A stretch of 64,000 nt of DNA from Lingula anatina (Eukaryota > Animalia > Brachiopoda): assembly GCA_051362555.1 (NCBI GenBank), contig CM120642.1:22816001-22880000 (forward strand), in the 5' to 3' direction. Position numbers and translations under genes: made by a program. Under the pieces are notes generated by a model that was not told the DNA's origin, did no database searches, and saw nothing but the letters and a program-made list of their open reading frames with translations. Shown piece by piece: positions 53,747 to 64,000 of this stretch. How positions within the stretch are numbered: the stretch's first letter is position 1; the number at the start of each line of letters is the position of its first letter.

Positions 53747-56700
53747 TAGTAGGCTTGTTAAGAACCAAAAAATGGCCAAACGCTGCATTTTGTAGTACAA
53801 ATGTCTAACTTGGCATAAATGTTCCTTGGGCCAAAAGAAAATTTTTTATCCAAAGAGACGCCCTCTATCGATACATTAATTAGCATAAATTATGCAAATT
53901 ATATGCCAAAATATATAATATTTCATATTTCCATTAATTTTTGGCCTAGAAACATGTACAGATTATCAAACCTGACTAAATTAGAGACAAGGAACCCATT
54001 TTTGATCATTTGGAAGCAATTGGTGGCCATTTTGTGCCTCAAATCCAAGATGGCCGCCACCCGCCATTTTGAAAGTGGACATAATTAGCTATTTTATGTT
54101 GGATTTTGAAGCGTTTGGTCTATATATACTTGATATATATATCGAATCCTACTATTTTGGGGGTGAAAAAGTCATTTTTGATATTGTTTTGGTGATAGTA
54201 GGTGATTTGAAGGGACAAAGAGGGTGTTTTAAGTGCCTACCAAGATATGTGTGAACGCTGCAAAACCATGGATATTGATACCCCGTATTCAAATATATCT
54301 CAATGCGATTTTTTGTTATATACCATCACTACTGGACTATATTATGAGCAAAAAAACAAATTTTTATCATTATGGAGGCTATTGGTGGCCGTTTTATCCC
54401 TCAAATCCAAGATGGCCGCCAAAAACCATTTTGAACTTGAGCATAATTCGCTATTTTGAAACTATATGTATTACATCTTTGTAAATGAGTAATACGTCGT
54501 TTTATATTATTTTCTGGTGCAGAATACATTATCTGTTTCATAAAATGTGAGTACAAACTATTTTATTCTCCAAAACGAATATGCATGTAGGCTTAAGTCG
54601 TCAAATAGACTTACATGTGCCATGTAGTCTAATTAGTACAAAATGTTTTATAAAATCATAAAGAGCTTGAAACAAGTGTAAGAGACCAAAATAGCTTAAT
54701 TAAAGGTAAAGAACACATACTTGGTGCTTTGGAGACAATTGGAAGCCATTTTGATCCTCAAATCCAAAATGGCCGCCAGTCACAATTTTGAAATACGGAT
54801 AAAGCATAACTCATCAATTTGAAGCTATTGCTCTTACACTAGCATGTTATACATCGTTTCTTATCATTTGGGTTGTAGAAGTCATGTGTCTTATCTCTTC
54901 TGAGATACAATACAAAAAGAAAATATTAAAAGGCCCCAACACCAATACAGGCTTGCGTCTTCACCTTCGCTTGTATACGTCTTGAAGTCAAATTTGTGCA
55001 AAAATATGTTATATAACAATTTTAAAATGGTTTTGCCAGACATAGATTAAGTGCAAGAGACCAGCATAGTGGATTCAACTTTATGGTGACTACTTTTAGC
55101 TATTCTGTTGTTCATATCCAACAGCCTGTCTCTATTTTAAAATTATGGCATAATTTACCTTTTTTGAGCTGTTGGACTTACATATGATCGTAATACATCA
55201 ATTGTTACTATTTTGGAAGTACATAATTAATTTCTGGTGTTACTCTGGTGACAGATGATAATAAAAAAATGCATAAGGTGTTTTAAGATTATTCCAAGAT
55301 GAATATTCCTGTAGTTGTCATATACTGTAGATGTTTTGTGCTTGTTCGTCCATTGGAAACAATGAGAACTATGTAGTCGCCTTATGGATTTCTATTGGTA
55401 GTGAGATGACTTGTCTGGCCAAATCATGCTAGGAATGATCACTGGCACTGTCAACTAGGAAAAGAGGCTGCTTCCTCGACTTCTTTGCTTTATCCCTCTT
55501 ACCTTCCTGCGCAGCTGCTGCTTTCTAGTTGGTTTTGCAGATTCATTCTTTTGTGTAAAGATACCACTTTCCTCTGATGCGACATGTTCTCATGCATTAA
55601 TGTTTCTCTGGAAACTGGATTCTAATATATTGTTTGGCTGTTTCTCATAGGACACTGACAAAACCTCAATTCTTACTAGCTGTTGTTTTATTGGCCTACC
55701 AGAGCTGATCATGCATGTTTCTTTTTGCTGTGCTGCTGGATGATTTTGCAGACAAGATCTAGAGCTATTTCAAAGCAAAGTCCATTTGCTTGTCTTTCAC
55801 GGACATTTACGCATCAACACAACTAACCAAGTTCCATAGTATTATAAGACGACACATTTTTCTCCCTTCAAATCTTCTGGGCTATATTTAACATGCGAAT
55901 GCAAGCCCCAGTGGCTGGGACATAAATGTGCATGTGGCTTTTTGGTTCACATTGACCAGTAAAAGATTAATAATATAATACCACTATGTATATATATTTA
56001 TTGCTTTCCTTTGAGTATTCAGTATCTTTTAGTGGATGGTCACTTAAGATAAATCTAGATGATATATTTGAGCATGTGGTTTGGGTTCCACATTTTTGTA
56101 ACAGACTCAACGAAACTCATCTTGGAATTTATTTTACAACCTTATATTACTTTTTTATTATCTTCTGTCACCAAATTAGCACTGGAAAATTACTTTTGAG
56201 CCCCAAGAATAGTGCCATTTTACCTAATACAAGCGAATGAGGGTCCCACAGTTCAAAGATTATAAATAACACCAAATTATTAAAATAGCGGCAAGCAACC
56301 ATCACTTGGTTTTGATCAAAATAATGGCTAACAATTTTCCTCATGCGGTCAAAGATGTATTCTTTTGCTTTAATTCAGCCATTTTGTTTGCTGACACTTG
56401 TTTTATAGATCGGCAAAAGCATTTTTGTACTAATTGGATTACTCATTGTACATATAAACTGCAGGTCCATGTAGCAACTGAATCCTATATTTATTTGGAG
56501 GCTTATAAAAGTTTCTATTTACATTTTATGAAACCGAAAATGCATTCTGCTCCAGGAAATAATCAAAAATGACGTATGGCACGCTTATGAAGGTGTGATA
56601 GTTTCAAAATGGTGAATAATGTTCAATTTGAAAATAGCGTGTGAGGGCCATCTTGGATTTGAGGCACAAATTTTAAGAAACAGATAATGTATTCTGCACC

Positions 56701-57460
56701 AGAAAATAATATAAAACGACGTATTACTCATTTACAAAGATGTAGTACATGTAGTTTCAAAATAGCGAATTATGCTCATGTTCAAAATGGTTTTGGCGGC
56801 CATCTTGGATTTGAGGGATAAAACGGCCACCAATGGCCTCCATAATGGTACAAATGTGGGTATTTTTGCTCATAATATAGTCCAATAGCAATGGTATATA
56901 ACAAAAAATTGCATTGAGATATATTTGAATACGGGTTATCAATATCCATGGTTTTGCAGCGTACACACATATGTGGTAGGCACTTAAAACACCCTCTTTG
57001 TCCATTCAAAACACCTACTATCACCAAAACAATATCAAAAATGACTTTTTCACACCCAAAATAGTAGGAATCGATATTTATATCAAATATATATAGACCA
57101 AACGCTTCAAAATTCAACATAAAATAGCAAAATTATGTCCACTTTCAAAATGGCGGGTGGCGGCCATCTTGGATTTGAGGCACAAAATGGCCACCAATTG
57201 CTTCCAAATGATCAAAAATGGGTTCCTTGTCCCTAATTTAGTCAGGTTTGATAATCTATACATGTTTCTAGGCCAAAAATTAATGGAAATATGAAATATT
57301 ATATATTTTGGCACATAATTTGCATAATTTATGCTAATTAATGTATCGATAGAGGGCGTCTCTTTGGATAAAAAATTTTCTTTTGGCCCAAGGAACATTT
57401 ATGCCAAGTTAGACATTTGTACTACAAAATGCAGCGTTTGACCTCTTAACAAGCCTACTA
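53747..57460. mobile_element. Academ-like non-autonomous DNA transposon with ~790-bp TIRs
   Basis: Termini TAGTAGGCTTGTTAAG...CTTAACAAGCCTACTA, 3-bp TSD GAG, TIRs ~53747-54539 and ~56677-57460 (mirror ORFs in the track), no transposase ORF. The superfamily call rests on the TAG..CTA ends and TSD length. Confidence 0.75.
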
Positions 57461-57835
57461 GAGTGTTTTGCGGGCTACCTTCTCAACTTTAAAATGCCAA
57501 ATAAATTTATATACAGTGTAACAAATTTTCTAAATTTTGGACCCACTCTTCACTAGGGGTCTGGAGTGAAAGCAGTAGGTGTGTTATTTTTGAGATAAGT
57601 AAAGACTTCATAACTGTAATTTTACTTAAAGTAGTAATATTTCTTTTTCCCCCACTGATTAATTTCAGATTCTATTTACTTAAGCTTGGTGGTGTAATTC
57701 AACTCTTCCATTTGATTTTAATCAGGAATAAAAATTAAACCTAATATATTGAATGAATCGCAGGTCCATTTAAGATTATCATCTTTACACATTATCTCTT
57801 TACTGTTGGCCTTCGATCCAATCCAAAGAGTAAAA
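57461..57835 (-). pseudogene. Degenerate L1/Tx1-type LINE ORF2 fragment (5' part)
   Basis: WIGS...FNILGLIF...KITVMKSLLISKITHLLLSLQTP...YKFIWHFKVEKVARKTL, typical of the post-RT region of L1/Tx1. Confidence 0.7.
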
Positions 57836-57894
57836 TCTTATAAACTTAAAACTTAAGAAAAGTTTAAAAGAGTTAAATCTTATAAACTTTTCTT

Positions 57895-58600
57895 TGAGAG
57901 ACTGGTAACCAATGAAGATCGCGGAGTACTGGTGTGATGTGTTGAGACTTCTGAGTTTTTCGAAGGAGACGAGCTGCTGAATTCTTAATAGACTGAAGTT
58001 TTTCCATTTAATAGTTAGGTATTCCGGACAAGAGGCTGTTGCAATAATCGAGTCTAGGACCCCATTCCCATAGATTTTAGATCGATCTATCCCTGTGGGG
58101 AGTCTCACTAAATTACTGTCGGCTTAGCCGGCTTAAGCGTCTGTCCCGCCTACTAAAAGCTGTCAGGGGGTAAGTAACTATGGTGTGCGCTCGGCTGATT
58201 GCAATTTAGCGTGAACCCCCAGGGAGTTAGGTCGATCTAAATCTAAATATCTGGATCGATCTAAATCTCTGGGAATGCACCCTCTGGCTAGAAGTCACAA
58301 ATGCATGGATGATTAGCTCTGTTTGCTTGCTGTCAATAAGGAGAAGAATCTTAGATATTCGTTGCAGACTAAAATGATGATTTACACACTTTGTTAATGT
58401 GTGATGTCATATCACATTTGTTGTTGAAAATTACACCCAGATTTCTAACTTCTGTGCTTGTTGTGATAACAGAATCTCCAACTCTGATACTGTCTAGTAT
58501 GGTGCTGTCTCTGGAAAACTTAGAGTTGAAATGGACCAATTCAGTTTTATCATCATTGAAGACAAAGTAGTTAGACTTGAGCCATACACACACGCCTCAA
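57895..58600 (-). pseudogene. Degenerate L2/CR1-group LINE RT 3' fragment
   Basis: W...N...NDDKTEL...VRNLGVIF...HINKVCK...HAFVTS(R)LDYCNSLL...HITPVLRDLHWLPV, interrupted by a MITE. Confidence 0.75.
58057..58283 (+). mobile_element. PIF/Harbinger-like MITE, family 1 copy 3, inserted in the L2 fragment
   Basis: Matches 6173-6364. It splits the TS-R-LDYC codons, with cta present on both sides. Confidence 0.7.
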
Positions 58601-59183
58601 TAGTTGCTTTTTCATCATAAGGATTTTCACATATAACATATGTTATTTTCAACAAGAGTCCCCGTGGAGTTAGTGTGCATTAGCTATTGCGACTAAACTC
58701 ATTCTGAACGGCCCCTTTGTCTGCCTGTCTGTGCATTTGTCATTCTGTTAGTATCAGCTTCCCCATGCATGTCCTTTATCACCTAATCGAATCGAGGTGC
58801 AGTTACTACAAACAGTATGCAATTTAAATATTTGAAAAATCACGTAGCTTCAATCTCATTCCTCCCATGATCTCTGTTCTCATATGTCAAAATGACCCTC
58901 CAACCCCCTTTGTCTTTTTGTAATAAAACTTGTGCTCGACGGGGAAAAAGAACATTCTGCCAATTAATAGATTGCTGCCTTACCTGTCAGCATATTTCAG
59001 GGATAGGCTCGTCCACACAACATTCTACAATATAAGAACCGATAACTCGGCCACTTCACATAATACCATTCATATAGTATTTTCATATCATACCATTTGA
59101 AAACGTTTCAAAAGACAACCACATTTTTTAAAATAAAACCTCCTTGTGAATTTCAACTATTTGCACTTTTCAACGGTATCAAT

Positions 59184-59235
59184 ATGATAATAATAATAAT
59201 AATAATAATAATAATTATAATAATAATAATAATAA
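59184..59235. repeat. (TAA)n microsatellite
   Basis: Direct reading of the sequence. Confidence 0.9.
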
Positions 59236-60662
59236 TGGCGATAAATAATCATTGCATTATGTAACTGTGTCGGGATTTGGAAGCCTGTCGGAAAAAGTGC
59301 CTGGATCCGTCCCTTGGGATGATTCTCCTTTTTCAAATAAAACATTTTTTGATCGATACTTTTTATACTGTTACCGTATGAATATTATTTTCATTAATTA
59401 AAGATATAGGATCCCCTAGAGGACCTATAGGCACTGTCATAGATATCAAGGTAATGGGGTCCCTGAGGGTGAGCTACTCTCTACAATGTGGAGAAGGGCG
59501 GGGATATACGATGGGTACCCATCGACCCACCGAATGTGGTTAACTTATAAGACAATCACTGACCCAGACAGTATAACAATATATAATACTTTATTGCCCA
59601 TTATATTAATATTTGTAAGATATACACGCTTCTTGTGCGTATGAGTTTCGGACTACCGCTTAGATCACAAAATGCTTAGAACTTCATAATCAAATCACCA
59701 GAGCATAATACTGTTAGAAAATAATACCCTTAAATCAATCAACATTATTCATCAATATTCAACAATATTTACGATAAATCAGGTATTGTTCTTGTATAAA
59801 CAGTCTGCGAAAAGACACTGTATTTGTAAAATCGTTAAGTATTGTTATATATCGTTGCCAGTAGACATGACGCAGTTTAAAGCATGGACCAACCGACTGC
59901 GATAGATGTAATATTTGAAAGTTCATTTGAGTAAAATGCAGAACTGACAAAATAATTAACACAATCAACTAAACAAAAGAATGATATCATAACTGCGTGA
60001 ATTATGTATACGAAAAGAAAAACGCACCAGAAAAAAGTTCATTATACGTGTAAAAGAACTGCCCGATAACTTCACTCGAATAATGGGGTATTACAGTAGG
60101 AAGTACTGCAATGAAGAGTGCTCTGAGTGTTACTCTCACTATATTTGTGAAAATAACGTATTTGTCGATCAAACAATACTCATGTTATTATTTCTGGACC
60201 AGTTTCAGCATAAAAGTAAGAGAGTCCCAATTTGCAAAAGTTTTGCTATGATGATCTATTCTGTTAGTAAAAAAACCACGATAATCCGAATCTGTACCTA
60301 AGTTACCTAGAATGTCATAATTCATATTATTGCTACATGTATTGCCAAATATCAGTCAGTTTCTTGACTATACCTGATACTCGCCTGAGACACCTAATAA
60401 ACAATCCACGAATACAAAATACACACTGGTCCCACTCTTCCATTTTCTACCTCCCAAAATACTGTTTTACAAGAAATAAGACAAAACAAGACAATTCTTC
60501 GTCTATTCCTGTGCCCCATATACATGTATTGCAGAAAATTTGTCCCTGTCTACTGTTTTATCATTTTTCATCCTTGAGCCCCTCCTTCCTTTAGCAAAAC
60601 CCTGAATCCGATAGTGAATGCTCATAAAATTATCGCGTTCATCGTAAAATTGAAGGTCCTGT

Positions 60663-62532
60663 TCAAAGCTGTTCCTTTAGCAGCCGTCTTAATATTTTAC
60701 CGCTGGCCGTTTTCGGAATTTCATCAATAAATTCTATGCCGCCTCGTAGCTTCTTGTACGGTGCTATGTGCTCTGGAACAAAACATTCTTTTCATTAATA
60801 ATAAATATTCATGCTCTTGTCGTCAAAAAAACTCAGACCTATGAGTATTGATGTAATTGTAGTGTATTATTTGATAAATATTTGCCTTAAAACTCAACAT
60901 TTTCTGAGCATACACACCGTCTAAGAATGCATCAATCTCTTCTCCTTTGACGTCCATGTTAGGTTTGCGGACGACGTAGGCCCTGGGCAGTTCTCCCGCA
61001 ATGTCGTCTGGTATACCGATCACTGCGACATCCTGCACTGCAGGATGCGCTAGGATCAGCCCTTCAAGTTCTGCTGGAGGCACCTGTGAAGATAGAAATC
61101 AAGGCTATGACGACAACAGCAGAAGTTAAATCGCAGAATTTTGTTTCGCGGAGGGCCCAGTCGGGAAACATAAAAAACGCTACGGCATAAATATCAGTGA
61201 TCATGTGATCTACAAATGTCAAAAGAAACTGAGTTATTACCGTAAATTGAAGTAAGAAAGCAAACAGAGTACACAGTGGCACGCTCTGTCTTAGGGACCA
61301 TTCAGAATGAGAAGAGCCGAGTGCTAGCTGGTCCACGGCCTAAATATGGCGGACCTACATGAAAGGGAGACAGCTTAATCTTCACGGCTCCCCACGCGTC
61401 GTCCCTGTAGGTCGAAGGACGACGCGTGGGGAGCCGTGAAGATTAAGCTGTCTCCCTTTCATGTCGCTCCGCCATATTTAGGCCGTGTACCAGCTAGCAC
61501 TCGGCTCTTCTCTTTCTGAATAACCCCTTACAAGATGTGCCTAATCCCATCTAACTGATTTTCCCGCTGGAGCCTATTTCAATCTTATGATGAGCTTCAG
61601 TTGATAAAACCGAATATTTCGCTAATTCTCGGACATTTCAGAAAACTCAGACCCACCTGGAATCCCTTATATTTGATGAGTTCCTTTACCCTGTCACTGA
61701 TCCACATGTGATCGTCTTGGTCACGATACCCAATGTCACCTGAACAGCAGAACAATCATCTTAATAGCTGTATTTATGCATTTTAAAACTTTGTTCTTGT
61801 AAAACCATTATTCATTTCAATAAAAAGTCTTTCCATGTTTTTATTTTCAGTTTTGTATTGTGTCAAAACATGACTTTCAGAAAATAACTCTTTTTACGTA
61901 AGTCACGTGCTGTTTCAGGTCAACCTGCAATTGTTTCCTTTTTGAGAACTGGTTGTTTGATAAACTAACCTGCACTGAAAGACAGAGAAGGATCTGTCAA
62001 AACATTGTATATTTCATTAAATGCCATCGGTTTATCGTCAATGCATATGACGTTCAAACAATTATTTAGATGTATTCAAAAAAAGAACTCTTCTGAATTA
62101 TGTAACTGTAAGGTTCTTACTTTTTTGATATTTTAGTATTTCCCATACAATAGCATTCAAAACATATGTCATTTTTATCCAAACCGACGTTTGTCCCGTG
62201 CCTCATAGTTGAAGAGAGAGAGGGTGAACTGAACGGTATGATCTCAGAACGAATTGATAAGTTCAACGGTTTGTGTGCATGGTGTTTGTAAGTGTGTTAG
62301 TCCTCAGGCGTCTTTTGATTACAAACTGTAAGGAATAGTTTGATATTATTTAAGTCGTACCTGTATGGAGCCAGCCGTCTTTGATAGTATTAGCTGTAGC
62401 TTCTGGGTTGTCGTGATAGCCTAACATAACTTGTGGCCCCCGTACCAGCAGCTCTCCCTCTTCCATAGGCCCCAGATCTGCGCCGTTTTCTAAGTCTATT
62501 ACCTACAGTGAATGCATGTTACAGGCATTAAC

Positions 62533-62622
<90 letters not shown>

Positions 62623-63425
62623 GTGCGCGCGCGCGCACACACACACACAAACACCCCCCCCCCACACACACACACACTTATCATATGCGTTTACAAGATT
62701 TTACCTTGAACTCTGTGTTTGGCAGGGCAAACCCTATAGAACCTAATTTATAACCAACTGGAGGATTGCAGTGTGTCACAGGGCTAGTTTCTGTCAACCC
62801 GTAGGCTAGGAAAAAAAGATGAAGAGTCATGATTTATCCATTGATACGTCACGTAAAAACACATCTTCAGAAACAACAAAAATCATTTTAGTATACGGGG
62901 AGAGGAACTTCTACTTAATTATAAAAAAGATTATCCTTCATCTACATGTAAGTCTAAAACTAAACTTGCCATGCTTGATTTATGCCACATCCTATTTAGG
63001 TGTGTGTGTGTGAGAGTGTGAGTGAGTGTGAGTGCGTGCGTGCGTGCGTGTGCGTCCGCGCGTGTGTCCGCGTGTGTGCAACGTGTGTGCTACGAGTGTG
63101 CAACTTTCAAGTATTTAACAATCAGCCACCAACAGTTCAAATACATGCATATTAAATAGCACAAACCATCGTTTATTAAGTCAGTCCCACCTTGCTAAAA
63201 ACGTTTACTAAGTCAATCCCATCTTGTTAGAATCGATTACTAAATTAACCCACCTTGTTGAAAACGATTCAATTTCAGTCTTTCCACACACTGTGAGGCA
63301 ATGGCCTCAGTGCAGGGGGCCGCTCCCGTGACCAGATTCCTGACAGACGACAGGTCATAATTGTCCACCAGAGGGCTCTTTGCCAAGGCGATAATGATAG
63401 GAGGCACCGCGTGTAGAATGGTGGC
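60663..63425 (-). CDS. 4-coumarate--CoA ligase-like / firefly-luciferase-like acyl-CoA synthetase (ANL superfamily), 3' six coding exons; 5' part outside the window
   Basis: Exons 63254-63425, 62705-62805, 62361-62502, 61657-61739, 60918-61083, 60663-60772 splice in frame: [121 protein letters not shown]. Confidence 0.93.
61294..61527. mobile_element. Fully palindromic Harbinger-like MITE in an intron of the ligase gene
   Basis: TTA TSD on both sides; arms of ~110 bp, including a 48-bp perfect inverted repeat around a short loop. Confidence 0.75.
62536..62680. repeat. Compound (CT)n(CA)n(CG)n microsatellite
   Basis: Direct reading of the sequence; intronic. Confidence 0.95.
62999..63100. 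repeat. (GT)n/(GAGT)/(GCGT)n microsatellite
   Basis: Direct reading of the sequence; intronic. Confidence 0.9.
63173..63267. repeat. Three ~31-32-bp tandem repeats spanning an exon/intron donor
   Basis: ttattaagtcagtcccaccttgctaaaaacgt / ttactaagtcaatcccatcttgttagaatcga / ttactaaattaacccaccttgttgaaaacga. Confidence 0.75.
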
Positions 63426-64000
63426 CTAGAAATCAATCAAGAAACTCGTTTCTGAAAATAATATATTATTTCTAGATGACACACTCTTACCGTGTGCATA
63501 AATCTATATCAAAACCCCACGAATTGTAACAGATCTACGTTTATGCAGGGTCATAATAGATTTGAGAATAGCAAACAGAGTAATTAAAAAAAAAACTCAT
63601 TAAAACTCGAAGGACAACTGGATATAAACTTCAACATCGGCTCATATGTGGAGTGGAAATAAGATATATAATAAAACATTTCCAGCATCGATACCACTAT
63701 TGCTTAATAAAGGGAGTAGCACCAAATCAGTATGTCCATTTTACAAGCTACGAGTCCGTCTAAGAAGAAATTTCGCGCCACATCCATTTTGAACAAATTT
63801 AAGCTTATTTTTCGGTGTAAGTTGTTCGCTTAATTATTACTAGGTACTTAAGTTTACAATAAAGCGCAGTTCTTGAATTTCCGCGAAGGTTGCGAAACTT
63901 AAAATTTTATGAACGCGGCGTCATCTCAGGGCACACTTTCTGTCCAGAATATCTCCCTACACGCAGCCGGTAGTCCTAAGACTGACGATGAATCAAAAGC

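Noticed and set aside
53819-57398. Mirror-image ORF pairs (MFLGPKENF...) on opposite strands
   Set aside because: They are by-products of the long TIRs and have no protein motifs.
60663-63425. Calling the ligase a true luciferase
   Set aside because: Luciferase-like acyl-CoA synthetases are widespread in non-luminous animals, and a partial sequence cannot show light production.

Overview
AT-rich, intron-containing animal DNA, probably from a marine invertebrate judging by its repeats (an inference). The window holds three complete tandem minus-strand SLC22 (organic ion transporter, MFS) genes of 9 coding exons each: A 11770-18876, B 23096-38252 and C 43971-50214. It also holds the 3' six coding exons of a minus-strand 4-coumarate-CoA-ligase/firefly-luciferase-like adenylate-forming enzyme (60663-63425, continuing past the window end). 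Intron and spacer similarity indicate that gene B is a chimera (5' half A-like, 3' half C-like) made by unequal crossing-over in intron 5, with later patchy conversion or divergence. Intron 4 of B contains an intact RTE-X-type LINE (esterase ORF1; APE/RT ORF2) nested in an IS3EU-like DNA element. A 3.7-kb Academ-like element with ~0.8-kb TIRs interrupts an old L1/Tx1 fragment. Harbinger-, Tc1-, hAT- and Helentron-type non-autonomous elements and microsatellites fill the rest. Exons were placed by hand from splice sites and reading frame; no database searches were run.
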